Assembly: GCA_964106915.2 (NCBI GenBank)
Contig: OZ066916.1
Length of the DNA: 64,000 nt
DNA from: Podarcis gaigeae
Taxonomy: Eukaryota
Reading direction: 5' to 3' (one strand)
Of the stretch, positions 26,514 through 38,760 are shown piece after piece. The position numbers were made by a program, and so were the translations under genes. The first letter of the stretch is position 1. Each line of letters starts with the position of its first letter. Below the pieces are notes generated by a model that was not told the DNA's origin, did no database searches, and was given only the letters and a program-made list of their open reading frames with translations.

Positions 26514-27416
26514 CCGTATTTTTCGTCCTATAGGACGCACTTTTTCCCCTCCAAAAATGAAGGGGAAATGCGTGTGCGTCCTATGGGGCGAATGCAGGCT
26601 TTCGCTGAAGCCTGGAGAGCGAGAGGGGTGGGCGCGCACCGACCCCTCTCGCTCTCCAGGCTTCAGAAAGCTATCCGCAAGCCTTGCAAGCCTGGCGGGA
26701 GGTCCCGCGGGCTCGCAAGGCTTGCGGGCAGCAGCCTGCAGCCCACAAGCTCGGGGGACAGCGGGGAGGCACAGCGCCGCCACCCCGCTATTCCCCGACC
26801 TGGTCTGGAGGCTGGGGAGGGGGAGAAGCAAGCTTGCTTCTCCCCCCCACCAGCCCCACAAGCTTGGGGGATAGCGGGGAGGCAGAGCGCCGCCACCCCG
26901 CTATTCCCCGACGTGATCTGGGGGCTGGCGATGGGGAGAAGCAAGCTTGCTTCTCCCCCCCACCAGCCCCACAAGCTTGGGGGATAGCGGGGAGGCAGAG
27001 CGCCGCCACCCCGCTATTCCCCAACCTGATCTGGAGGCTGGCGATGGGGAGAAGCAAGCTTGCTTCTCCCCCCCCCCCCGCCAGCCCCACAAGCTCGGGG
27101 GATAGCAGGGAGGTGGAGCGCTGCCACCCCACTATTCCCGGACCTGGTCTGGAGGCTGGCGGGGGGGGGGGGAGAAGCTTCTCCCCATCACCAGCCCCAC
27201 CAGCTCGGGGGACAGCAGGGCAAGCCGCTGCCCCACGGAGGCTAGAGAAGCTGTCCCTGAAGGCAGAAGAGGGAGACAGAGCGCTCCGTCTCCCTCTTCT
27301 AGCTTGGGGATGGCTGCGCAAACCTGGGCGGGGAAAATTTTTTCCCCCTTGATTTCCCCCCCAAAAAACTAGGTGCGTCCTATGGGCCGGTGCGTCCTAT
27401 AGGGCGAAAAATACGG
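26514..27416. mobile_element. Tc1/mariner-superfamily (pogo/Tigger-like) non-autonomous element
   Basis: 27-bp TIRs CCGTATTTTTCG(T/C)CCTATAGGACGCAC with one mismatch; TA TSD at 26512-13 and 27417-18. Confidence 0.88.
26739..27222. repeat. GC-rich minisatellite, ~113-bp unit, about 4.3 copies, inside the MITE
   Basis: Repeating cagcc(c)cacaagct(c/t)ggggga(c/t)agcggggaggc...ccccgctattcccc...ggggagaagcaagcttgcttctcccc. Confidence 0.9.
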
Positions 27417-27424
27417 TAAATAAA

Positions 27425-27473
<49 letters not shown>

Positions 27474-28784
27474 CAAAGCTCCTACTAGTCTTGCTTCAGG
27501 CCCAACATGAAATTGAGACAGCTTTGGTAGTATTTTTGGATGATTCCTCATGGTGATAGACACAGGTGACACAGTTACACTGATAATGATTAAAAAGTGT
27601 TGTGACTCTGGCAACTTGCCCCAACAGGAGACAGTAAAACTTGTTAAATTGCCTTCATTCATGTCTTCCTATCAGATTTTAAATAGCTGTGATAGGTAGC
27701 TGTTCCTCCTCCTGTTGCCTGAGGGATTAAATCCTGTCACTGCCTCAGTCATTTGTCTCTTATGGCCCTAGATGAGGTTTCATTGTAGTGAAGTGTTGTG
27801 GACTGAGCTGTCAAAAAAAGAGACTGATCATGACTGGAAGCTCTGAGGATTTTGTTTCAGTTGGCAAAGACACTATTTGATACCAAAATGTATGAAGACG
27901 TATGGGTGAAGAGCAACCTCAAAACAAGGTTGATCTCTGGACAAACTTGTTCCCACAGCTTTGTCTGTTAATAAGTCATCCATTTTGTATTTGAAAGTCA
28001 CATACCTTGAGGGCAATTGCACCCCCCCCCAAACTCTTATGCCTTCATTTCATTAAAGCAAAACATTCTCATGAAATTAAAAGGTGCACAAAATAGAGCT
28101 AAATAGATAAAAGTAACTGGATATTTGCTCCAGTGCATCCCTTCGTCCACATGGCATTTGCTGCTTCAGTTACTTAAACCAGTGTCTCTTCTGATGTTAT
28201 AATAGCTACACAGATTGTCAGTTACGATTATTTTAACAATATCAGTTCATTCCATAATATCAGTTCTCTGTATGATCTAGGGGACCCCACACCTTTATTA
28301 TTTGTTTTTATATTAGATGTGCTGTGCTGAGTTATAATGTCAGTTTCCTCCCTTAACACAGATTTAGGATCTTGCCCTAACTTTATGCAAAGCAAGCATA
28401 AATTAAACCTATTTCACACCTTATAAAATTTCCTTAATTGAACTCTTTTCCAGAAAACACCCCAAGACTGGGCTAGATGAGAGTAAATGAGTTGGGTGTG
28501 TCTCCTGGATGTAGCTCACCTGATGCCAAAGATTTTAAGTTCCAGCTTTCTCTTTCCCCTTGATTTAAAATTCCCTCTGATGCTAGGAAGGGAGAAACTA
28601 AAAGAATCCTTCTAAATATTTTCCTTCTTCTGGACCAGCAGACTTTCTGCTGTGGATAACATTTCCCTTTAAAGCGGCTCTCTGTGTGCCCAGGTCACTT
28701 GTATTATAGATTCCTAGGCCAAGCCACATGCTCAAGCTAGTCTACCTTGTTTTGTTTTTCCTGAACAACAGGCAATGAAAAATG

Positions 28785-29015
28785 TAACAGAGCAGCTTAT
28801 CTATTCTTCACCACGTTGCATTATGTATAGAGGTTGAGCGTGACAATCTGCCTCATATATTCAGTCAGATCTAGCACCGTACCACCTGTGGCAGCAGCTC
28901 TCCATAGCTTGGGAGCAGAGGTCTTTTCTAGATGCTTGAGATTCCTTTTAACTGGAAATGTCAAGAGTTGAATCTGAGGCTTTCTGTGGTCAAAGAATAG
29001 GCAGTACTACTGAGC
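28785..29015 (-). mobile_element. Degenerate tRNA-derived SINE
   Basis: Similar layout to 46734-46914 (ctggaaatgtcaagagttgaatctgaggctttctgtg..caaagaataggcagtactactgagc). Confidence 0.45.
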
Positions 29016-32000
29016 ACTCCTTAAAGGTTAAGTATTTAACACTTTCATTTATATGACTGCAAGAATTATACTCTTGATATCTGAGTAATTAAAAAAGAAA
29101 CATGATAATGTATATCTGTTTCTGATTTGGATGTAAGCTTATTGGAATAAAACCCCAACCAGGTTGGTATTAGGAATAAGACCCTCATTGCAGTAAAACC
29201 CTTGGAGTCTCATAAGGCTGATAAAAGTATGCAAAACACTGTTGTTGCTGGCAGGGGAAGCTCATTTTCACTGTAAGATAACCCTTTTGATATGTTTGAT
29301 TTAAATAATAAGATAACATGGGGGGGCGTGTGCCATATAAGAGCTGTGTTGTTTGGGGTGGGGGTTGTTTCTTTAAAAACCCTTCTGGTAAGCTATGTTG
29401 CACTCTGCACACTGTAAAATGAACTCTAGAAGCTCAGAGTAAGTAGGATGAATGAAATATTTTTGCACTGAATAAAGTTTCACTGTTGAATACTTTGAGG
29501 AGCTGCAACGAAAACAAAGGGGTGGCTATTGAAAAAGATCTAGTAAAAAAAGGTAAAGGTAATTTTTTTGGGGGGTCATTGCCTCTCTCTTGCATTCAAC
29601 CAAGGGATGGTTGCATTTTTTAATGGTTTTTGTATGTATTTTTCATTGCTGCATGTGAAATGCCATTTATTAGTGTTTCAAAGAAACATGAACTGAAAAA
29701 TATAGACAGTCATTTTTTTCAGGTTTTACATCTATAAGTATCCTATCTATGCAGAGTCATTATAACAATGGAGAATATAATGAATAGCATAATGTCAATA
29801 GTGCTGCTCTAATTGAGATCAGCTGAAGATCTGGTCTAAGGATTTAGGATCTTCCCATCAAAAGACATTCAGATACAAATCTACTGATGCAAATTTGATT
29901 TAAATATGCTAATTTGCAGATCCATTATCTGATACATCCAGTGAAAATTTACTCCCTGACTACATTGGGCCTGATCCAAAGTCTTGTTTGTGCAATGATC
30001 TTCTATGAAGTTCTCCAATAGAACAGGCTCCATGACCAGGAATTGCTCTGTTTTTTAATTGCCTCTTCATTCCTGTTCTCCTAACATACAGAAGGAGAGA
30101 GGACAGCAGATGCAATAACTTGGAGTCACTGAATTATGGTTGTTACATGGAAGTATTGATTTTAACACAACTAATCTAATAGGATATTGTAGAATAATTT
30201 CTACTGACACTGGATATTGGACTGTGTTGAGAGTATCCATCTACATTGTACAACCAATTTAGTCACATTTTCTTTGGAGCAAAGGGCTGTGCTGTGGTCA
30301 CGCACCTAGCCAGCACTTTACAGAAAGGAGTGCGAGCTTTGCCGCAATGGTCCCCCTTATCCTTTGTGCTCTGGGTGCAGAAGGTAATTAGTAATGCATT
30401 AATGAAGAGAGAGGTTTCCTAGCTCTAAACCTCCTCTTAATCTCCTTTATGTGACATGCACACTTTTGGCGGTAATATCCCTGTGTAATGTGGGATCACT
30501 CTGCTGTATTTTGACAAAATGAAACAAAGAGGCGATGGTTTCATGTGGGATTTCAGCAGCGGTTTATCACCATACTTTTTTTTAAGTCATGAAAATATTA
30601 GCACAAGTGTGCTTGTGTAGAAAATTACCATATTAGTAGGTGGCTGACTCTGCATACAACAGTTAATATGTTAAATGAATGCTGCAAGGCTGGGGAATAT
30701 AGCTCAAGAAAATATGTCTCTATGAAAGCCGCGTCATATAAAAAGAGACGAGCTCTTTATGGCTTCAATACATTTGCATCTGATTTTGCCAAGTCAAAGA
30801 ACCAAGAGGAACATCCATCAGGTTTTTTCTTTTTTCCTTTTGCTGATCAGTAAAAAAACCAAACAAATCATATTTGTGCCTCTCCTATATAGACTTTTAA
30901 AATTGTATAAAATATGGGGTTATATTTTTCTGAAGCTTACAGTAAAGAAAGATATTCTTTGTGATAGCGGGATCCACTGCCTGGAGAGTGCAGAGTTTAG
31001 TAGGCTTCCCAACCTGTGGCTTGGCAAGCCAAAAGCAGCTTCCCTACCACATGTGATTGGCAGCCCACAAGCCTCATGTTTCTCTCTGCCACTCTGGGAC
31101 TTCAAAATGGCGGCAGCATAATATTGAACAGTTAGCAGTCCACAATACATGGCTGATGGACTGCACTTGGCTTGATAGATTTCAGGTTAAGATGTCCTGC
31201 TACAATTCCTGCAAAACACAGAGTTGCATGGCCTATACTGGCTTTATTTATTTCCTTACCATTTTCTCAAGGAGATGGGACATGGGAAGGAGTCCCAATT
31301 TGCCCATCAGCATCTTCCTTCTCCTTGTACTGTAAGCATGAAAGGAGATCCAGCATCTCACGTGTTTCTGTAATTTTGCTGTGGTTTGTGTATGGGTATT
31401 ATAGTTGCAGCATATTATCTGAGATGCAGTAACTGAGCCATCTTTTGCTTAAATGAGCCTTTCCCAAATCGGGGCTGTCCTGGTATATAATTCCCATCCT
31501 CTTTGACCACTTGGTTAAAGGGTGTATGGGGAGAAAGGGGTTGCAATTGCTGAATTCCTTCTGTGTCTTGATTGCAAAGGTAACGGTTTCCAAAGAAGAT
31601 GCAGGATATAATAGAGTTCGCTCAGTACATCCAATTCATCTTGGCTCTCTTGCATTGAAGAGTCCCATTTATGAACCACTGCCAGCCTCCCTGATCAGTT
31701 GAGTACTACAAACCAGCTGAATAGTTTCAGTACTATGACATCTTAAGAGGCTGACGTACAAAAGGGTTCAATAACTTCCATATAAGCTTTGTGGTCTGAT
31801 CTCTGTGTCAGACCTGCCCACCCACCCCACAAAGAACTGTCAAAAAAGCATAATGGAGTATATTAAAGGATAAAGATATTATTCTGCCTCACATTGGCAA
31901 CCCCCCCCAAAAAAAACAATCGCAAACAAACAAACCTTGAGAAAATAAGTGGGGAAAGAGTCTGCCCTTAAAGCAAATGCCCCCCACTTGTAAAAAAAAC

Positions 32001-35000
32001 AACAACAACAAGGCTTGCTTTTAAAACATTTAATTCTAGTTTTGAATGTACCATGGAAACATAATTAATAAGAAGGCAGATAATCATATTGTCACTGACT
32101 TTCTTGGAGGTGTAGAGGACACAGGGAAGAAAGCAGATTAGAGATGTACTAAAAGCATCACTTCCTTTCTCTCTCTTTCACGCCCATGAATGCATATAAA
32201 AGTGCATCCTAGGAAAAATAAAACTTATGAAGAAATATTACTAGGTTGGTCTGGATCTCCTCCATAAGACTTACTTTTTGGCAGAGGATGCCAAAGGTAC
32301 ACTATGTTCCTGAATGTCTAATATCTGAATGTCTACTCTGAATCTTAATGCATGTATTTCACATAACTTTTGCATAATAAAAGCTAAACAATGGTTTTCT
32401 TCATCTGTGGCCCAAGGTGTCCTAAGTGGGGCCATGTGTTGTCAACCATGAAAATGAAAGAACAGTTCAGGCTTTTTCCAAGGCCACAGTGACAAGCACA
32501 GATTTCAACTTTGGTGCCTTCTGTGGGATGCATGAGGTGGAGTACAAACCTTACTAAACTAGAGCCCTACAGATGTTTAGGACTATAACTTCCATCAACC
32601 CTAGCAACCATGGGATTATGGGAAATGTTGTCCAGAACACCTAGAAAGCACCAGGCAAAGGAAAGCTGGGATATGCATTGAGTTCTGGAGACATTTATCC
32701 TTCAAGACACTACTGATCAGACTGCAGGTGTTTATCTTACACATGATAACAGATCTGAATTAAAATTAAAGTGCTGGTCAAAACAAAACAGGTATAGTAC
32801 AGCAAATTGAATTATGGTAGGTTGTGTCATTGCATTGATGGATACAAATATTTTACCTGTTGAGAATACAAAGAAATATACCAAACAGATAAGAATCATC
32901 TTTTTGAAGATGTAATCTCCTACTCTTTCACTAACCTTCTGTGTCATAAAACAACAAAGAGTCTTATGGTTCCTTTAAAACTAAAGTACCCTATGTGTGA
33001 TGCGTTTCACAGAGAGGTCCATAATATGCATGTGTACTCTTTAATATACACGCAACATATACTTTTTTTAGACTGCAAATACCTCTAAGGACACTAACCC
33101 ATCAAAGATCCATAAGCTTCCCAAAAGTGTTCCTGTTTAGCATCCAGTGAATTTAAAACGGAACACCTTTAGTACAAAAATAAACGTGTTGGGCTGAATG
33201 AATATCAAATGAATTCTACTCATCAGTACAATTACAGTGAATATAAAATGAACTCAAAATGTGCTTGGAGGGTTCAAAGTGAATTCACAAGAAACTTGCC
33301 ACCTCCAATTGCAATATCTCTGGTAAGAAAAAGGCTATGAGTAGGAATATTTGAGTCAGGTCCTTTAAGCTCACAGAATAATACCTGTGTGGTCAAAAGT
33401 AATTGAAACAGTTTATGGACCCAGTCAGTGTACACTGAAGCAACCTCTCACTGGAGGGGAAAACACAGGGCAGACCATCCAAATTTGTCCACCATCCCTG
33501 TGGGATAGGGGGTGAAATTGCACAATGGCAGCCTGTCCACCCAAATCCATTTACTCCACCAGGACAAAAGACCAAGTTGATGAAATGCCCTACTGGACAG
33601 ATTATGAGACTCCATGGTTATCATGGAGGCCATAAAGTCCTAAACTGGAATGCTAACCATCAGCATGGATGTCAATAGCCCCCAGAACTTTTTCCCCCTA
33701 TGGTCCTCCAACTGCAACAGAGACCAACTCTGCCAGTTTGACCAGAGAAGCTGCTGGGCATCAGGAGTAACCCTAGTTACTCCTGCACAAGACCAGGTGC
33801 AAGCCGTCACCAAGGGGTTTTCTGGAGATAGAGATGGAAATTTTATGGACCTCAGCAACTCCTCCCCGCCCCCCGCCCCCCAAGTCTCTGAAGCCTGTGC
33901 TGATGCTGCACTGAGTATCCAAGTGTGGTACAGGTTGGTCAGATCAACTGCCCCCACCTCACCTACTCAGGACTTGGTAACGCATGCCAGATCAGCACCC
34001 TTATCCTGTACAGTAGACAAGTGACTAGGAATCAGGTTAGGGGAGGGGAGGGAGCAAGGTGCAAGGTGCAAGGTGTAAATAGCTTTGTCATCATCTTCCA
34101 TGGTGACTTTCCTCTCCCTATGGCCATGTCTCCCCTTATCCATGATCACAAAGGCTGGGGAGAGCAGCAGGAGAGACGTACTGCACCTATGTCAGGATTG
34201 TACTGCAGCTAATTTGGTGAAAGGTCTTGTTGTTTCAGCCACATACGTGCTGTTTCAGTCACATACGGTGGTGTAGGAAGGGGTGTGTGGTGTGTGCTGG
34301 CTGCTCTGGGTGTCATCACTGAGGGGAGTGACTGTGGGGCATGGCCTGCAATGCGCCTGAGCCACACATCTCTCCTGGGGAGTTACGTGGTGACTCTGGC
34401 ACCTGCAGGCTATGCGCTGCCCAAAACAGCAATGTGGGGCTTGTGGACTCTGTGGAGGTTCCGCCCAACATGCTCTGCCCAGGCCAGGGGCTTGCCCCGC
34501 CCCCAGGTGCAGGGCATTTGCGCTGCCCTAGGCGCCCAAGCAGCTAGTTATGCTGCTGGTCACATGGATTCTAAAGCACTCGGTCTACCTCACCAAACCT
34601 AACCGAGCAGATAATTTAAAATCCCAATATTTATAGGGCCACTCACATGGTATTAGTGATCCACAAGGAAGAAAAGGAGTGCTAAGTGGGGGATATCACT
34701 GAAAGCTCATCATTCTTCAGGGTATTGTTGTTGTTCTTTTTGTATCAAAACTAATCTATAAAACATTGAAGGGGGGTTACACCAAAGTGTGGTTATATTC
34801 TGTAAAATATTTCTGAGCATGGTGGTAATGACCTACTTGTTTTGAAAACCATGACAGGATCTTCTGTCTGCCTGTATATAAAAACTGGAGGTGAAAGGTT
34901 TTTGGCTTTGTTTTTAAAATGTTAAAGCTCTGTGTAATTACTGGCCCTGCAATGAGACTTTACCTTTTTTTTATAATCAAAGGGACACACAGATGTTGAA

Positions 35001-37116
35001 GACCTGTTATTCATAGTAAAGAACCACGTCCAGTTAATCAAATGTTTCATTAATCCTAGAATCCAAAGGGATTCAATTGCTTTTGTATAAGAGATTTGCA
35101 CATGAAAGGTTTCCCCTCGTTAAAAAGCCAAAATCCCTACACAGATATTTGATTTTTGGAGACCACTCTACTACCTTAGTGTGTCCACATTAAGTTGTCC
35201 CTAGTTGCACACCTTTGGCAGCAATCCAGTGTTGGAATGGTTTGTTTTTAAAGGATAAAAAAGGATAATTCTGGGACAAATGGGGAATGTGCAGGACTAG
35301 AGTGAGAGAGGATCCTTATTTAGCACCTAGACACACATATACATATTTGATTTAGAGCTGACTTAGGATAGCCACATGCAAATCACCAAAAGAATGGAAA
35401 TGACCATATCTGCATCAAGATGTTTGACAGATCTTGCATAAGAGAAGCTCTGCTAGATAAGACTCAAGGCCTATGTAGTTTAGCACCCCCTTTTCCCCAG
35501 CGGCAATCCAAAAATGCCTCAGGGAAGTCCATAGGCAGGACCTAAGGGCAAAAGTCCTCTCAGTCTGTTGTTTCCCAGTGACTTTTACTCAGAGGCATTT
35601 TGCCTCTGATCCTGGTGGTAGTATAAAGCAGCAGTGACTAATAGCCATTTGAATTTTGACAGTGGTGGAGGCAGAAAGGATGGGGAGACTGGCCCACTAG
35701 CTTTGCCCAGGGACCATGGGTGCCCGGGGCTGTGCACGCTGCATGCATGCTTGTGTCTGATGTCAGCATGCCCATGGCATGCACAAAAAATTGTGGGTGT
35801 CCAGCCTCTGGTGCCTATGTAGGGAGGTAACAAACCATTGATGATGAGGAGGAATAAGGGGGGGCATGGGAAGAATGTGAATATATTAAGCTACACCCGC
35901 TTAGACTTCATTTGGGTTGGGTTCTGTCATTCAAGGCCAAGCATCTGCGTAAATATTTTACAGGATGAGGCACCTCTGCAGTTATTTTTGTCACCAACAC
36001 TTATCAACAGCACACATGGAATCTTTTATACGATTATCAATCAGTGTGTCATCTTCGGAGCAGGCAATGTCTACAGACTACCATCTCAGCTGTGATGAAA
36101 GCTCGGAGGATGCTGACTACCTTGATTTATTATTTCATTTACTTTCTCCCATCCCCCCAAATAAATCATGGAAATGTCTATCATGCTTCCTGAATGAAAG
36201 ACAATATGCTACCTAAAGAAAGGGAGAACTCATTTCAGAAATTGACAAGAGTTGTCAGCTGCTCATCAGTGATTCCACAATCAACATTTATAGGGAAGAG
36301 AGGGTGCAGTCTCAAGGACTGGAAATCAAGCTTGTTTGGGTAGCACCAGCTGTCTTTAGAAATGCTTCTCAATATAAACTGATGGGCTAGCGTACACTAT
36401 CCATTTAACACTGCTTTTCAAAAGTACACAGTGTTATTTGCCATAAAATGAGCATTCACAGAACACCTTTACCTTTGTCCATCTTTATGTTTCAACCTCT
36501 AAAGTCTAAGTCTTGCCATTATCCTTGAATAATCGTCTGAACCTATTTAGCAGGCTATGCCAAATGCTTGTGTTTGTTATACATAAATGTGGGCTCAGAA
36601 TGCAAATTCAACATCTGGTTTCTGGGGTAGAATTTGAGTGTTCTTAGTATTTCATTTTGTAGCTCTCTTACATGTAGAGAAAGGTTTGGGAAAAACTAGG
36701 TGGTATCTTCTGAAGAGTCAGAAAGAGATATTTCATGTGTGTACTTTTATTTGTTTTCTGGTTCTAATGCTGTTCTAATACCCTGAGCTTGTCCATGCGT
36801 CCACTTGTGCTATGCCTAGAAAGCACAGGTCCAAGCAGTTTTTCACTTGCCCCACTTCTTCCCAATGGAAGATCACAACAACAGATTCTTCTCAAAGCAC
36901 TAGATCAGAACAAATTGCAATCCATGGGGGAAACTGAATTGTTCTTTGCTCCGACTGAGCACTAAAGAGCAGTTTTCCCCAGGGGAAAGGAGTGGGACAA
37001 GAGGAGTGAGCCCCTGTTGTTAATCCTTAGCAACTGGCTGTCCAAGTTATCCTTTCCCTGAATGGTAAACTGCACAATCCGAGAAGGTGCACCACATGAT
37101 CCAATATACCTTAGAG

Positions 37117-37252
37117 CAGTGTTTCCCAACCTTGTGCCTCCAGATGTTTTTGGCCTACAACTCCCATCATCCCTAGCTAGCAAGACCAGTGGTCAGGGAT
37201 GATGGGAGTTGTAGGCCAAAAACATCTGGAGGCACAAGGTTGGGAAACACTG
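37117..37252. mobile_element. Intact palindromic hAT MITE
   Basis: Perfect 58-bp inverted arms (37117-37174 / 37195-37252) starting CAGTGTTTCCCAACC, a 20-nt spacer, and exact 8-bp TSD CCTTAGAG (37109-37116, 37253-37260). Confidence 0.93.
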
Positions 37253-37518
37253 CCTTAGAGGACAATTCAAGAGTCCTACCTCAACCTATTTTGCAACATT
37301 ACAAAAGAAACTCTATGGTGGCTCCTTTCCATTTCCATACTGCCTGAAAAACACAGCAGCTCCCGAGATACATAAGTACAAAAAGGCAGAGGATTAACAA
37401 GTATAGGGAGGTGTCCAAAATTTTCAGTGCCTTAGGATACCATCAGGGTTGGGGTTGTGTTATTTTTCTCTGTTCTTTTCCCAACAACATGCTATGGTTG
37501 GAACATTGAACATTGAAT

Positions 37519-37789
37519 TAGGGTTGCCATATCTTGAACAGCAAAATAGAGGACAGCCTGAGTCAGTGCCAGCCTGAGCCAGAGAAGGAGGTGTGTGGGG
37601 CTGCTGCTGCCACACCCATTTGCCTTTTCCCTCAGCTTGGGCTGGCAGTGGCTGCAGTGTGCAGAACAGCCCAAGCCCCACCCCCCAAAACAGACATTTC
37701 CTTTAAAATGCAAAAATCATCCCAGATAGGCATGTTGGCCCCCCCAAAAGAGGACATATCTGGGTTTTCCTGGATGTATGGCAACTCTA
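37519..37789. mobile_element. hAT-like MITE (TAGGGTTGCCAT TIRs)
   Basis: TAGGGTTGCCATAT ... GTATGGCAACTCTA with subterminal aaa(at)agaggaca motifs. Confidence 0.65.
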
Positions 37790-38628
37790 TATAAGTGCAG
37801 TCAGCTGAAATTCTGCAGACACCTTGTTTAGGAAATGATCTTGGCTCCAGGGGTTTGGGATTTGGATGTTCTCAGCAGTAGCTCTGTATTGTATTACAAT
37901 GCAACTTTAAAAATTGTTCAGTTGTTTTTTGAAATACAAATGCATTAATTCTTAGCAGGGTGTGTTATTGCAAGGTGCTCTATGTGGTTCTACCTTTGTA
38001 GAGTCGTTAGAAAACCTCATTTGGTCCAGAATGTGGTTGCAAGGATGTTAGTGGGTGCTTGCCCACCATGTGCCTGTACTGGTTAGGAACACAGAAAGCT
38101 GCCTTATACTGAGTGTGGTCATTGTGCATCAAGTACAGGATTGTCTACACTGAGCGGTGGTGGTTTTCCAGTGTTCATATTTGTATTGTTTATTACTAGT
38201 GTGCCTATTTTGTTGTTGGTGTGATTTCAAAAAGTCATCACATTCTTTCTTCCCTCTCTCAAAAAAGAAAACTCATTTAACACTTATCAGGTTTGCTTGG
38301 ATGAGCTCTGGCTCTGGGTGGAATAACCAGAAAGATTTACTCTTGAATGGAGGGAGACAGTGACTCTGATGATAGGCTTTCTCTGATGTAAACATCAGCC
38401 TTTGTTCCTTAGAGCATGAGGGTGCTATTTCCTGGTTTTATTAGTCAGGAGCTCATTGCTCTAAAGGGATGGGGATTCCAAGCTATTTTGATTGCTTTTG
38501 GTATCCTAGTTAAAAAACAGCCAGTTTCCTAAGTCTAAGAGTAATCTGCTTTCTCCATGTTGTGGACTCTCAACTTATTATAGCAGTTCTAGTTGTTTTT
38601 GAGTTACAGTTCCACGCATGCTCTGACT

Positions 38629-38760
38629 CAGGGATGGAAAATCTGTTGGACTACAGATGTTGCTGGACTCCATCTCCTATCATCCCTGCTCTTAGCCATG
38701 CTGGCTAAGGGTTAATGGGAGCTGGAGTCCAACAACATCTGAAGGACACCAGGTTGCCTA
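38629..38760. mobile_element. Short palindromic hAT-derived MITE
   Basis: cagatgttgctggactccatctcc...gggagctggagtccaacaacatctg; further copies at about 32565-32670, 45655-45755 and 49097-49215. Confidence 0.6.

Larger units (their letters stand above)
26176..27472 (+). mobile_element. L2 LINE 3' end with (TTA)n tail, interrupted by a mariner-type MITE
   Basis: Translates KIPGHREVRLASTRARAFSAAAPIWWNALSQETRALRDLTSFRRACKTELLHQAF (L2 ORF2 C-terminus). The 3' UTR ...gggcgggata|ta resumes after the MITE as aataaaatt(tat)n. Confidence 0.8.

Noticed and set aside
26739-27222. CRISPR-like array of palindromic repeats
   Set aside because: The sequence between the palindromes is itself repeated, so there are no unique spacers; the context is eukaryotic and there are no cas genes.
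26436-27352. Multiple long overlapping ORFs (up to 222 aa)
   Set aside because: They arise from a stop-poor GC-rich minisatellite inside a MITE and have no transposase motifs.
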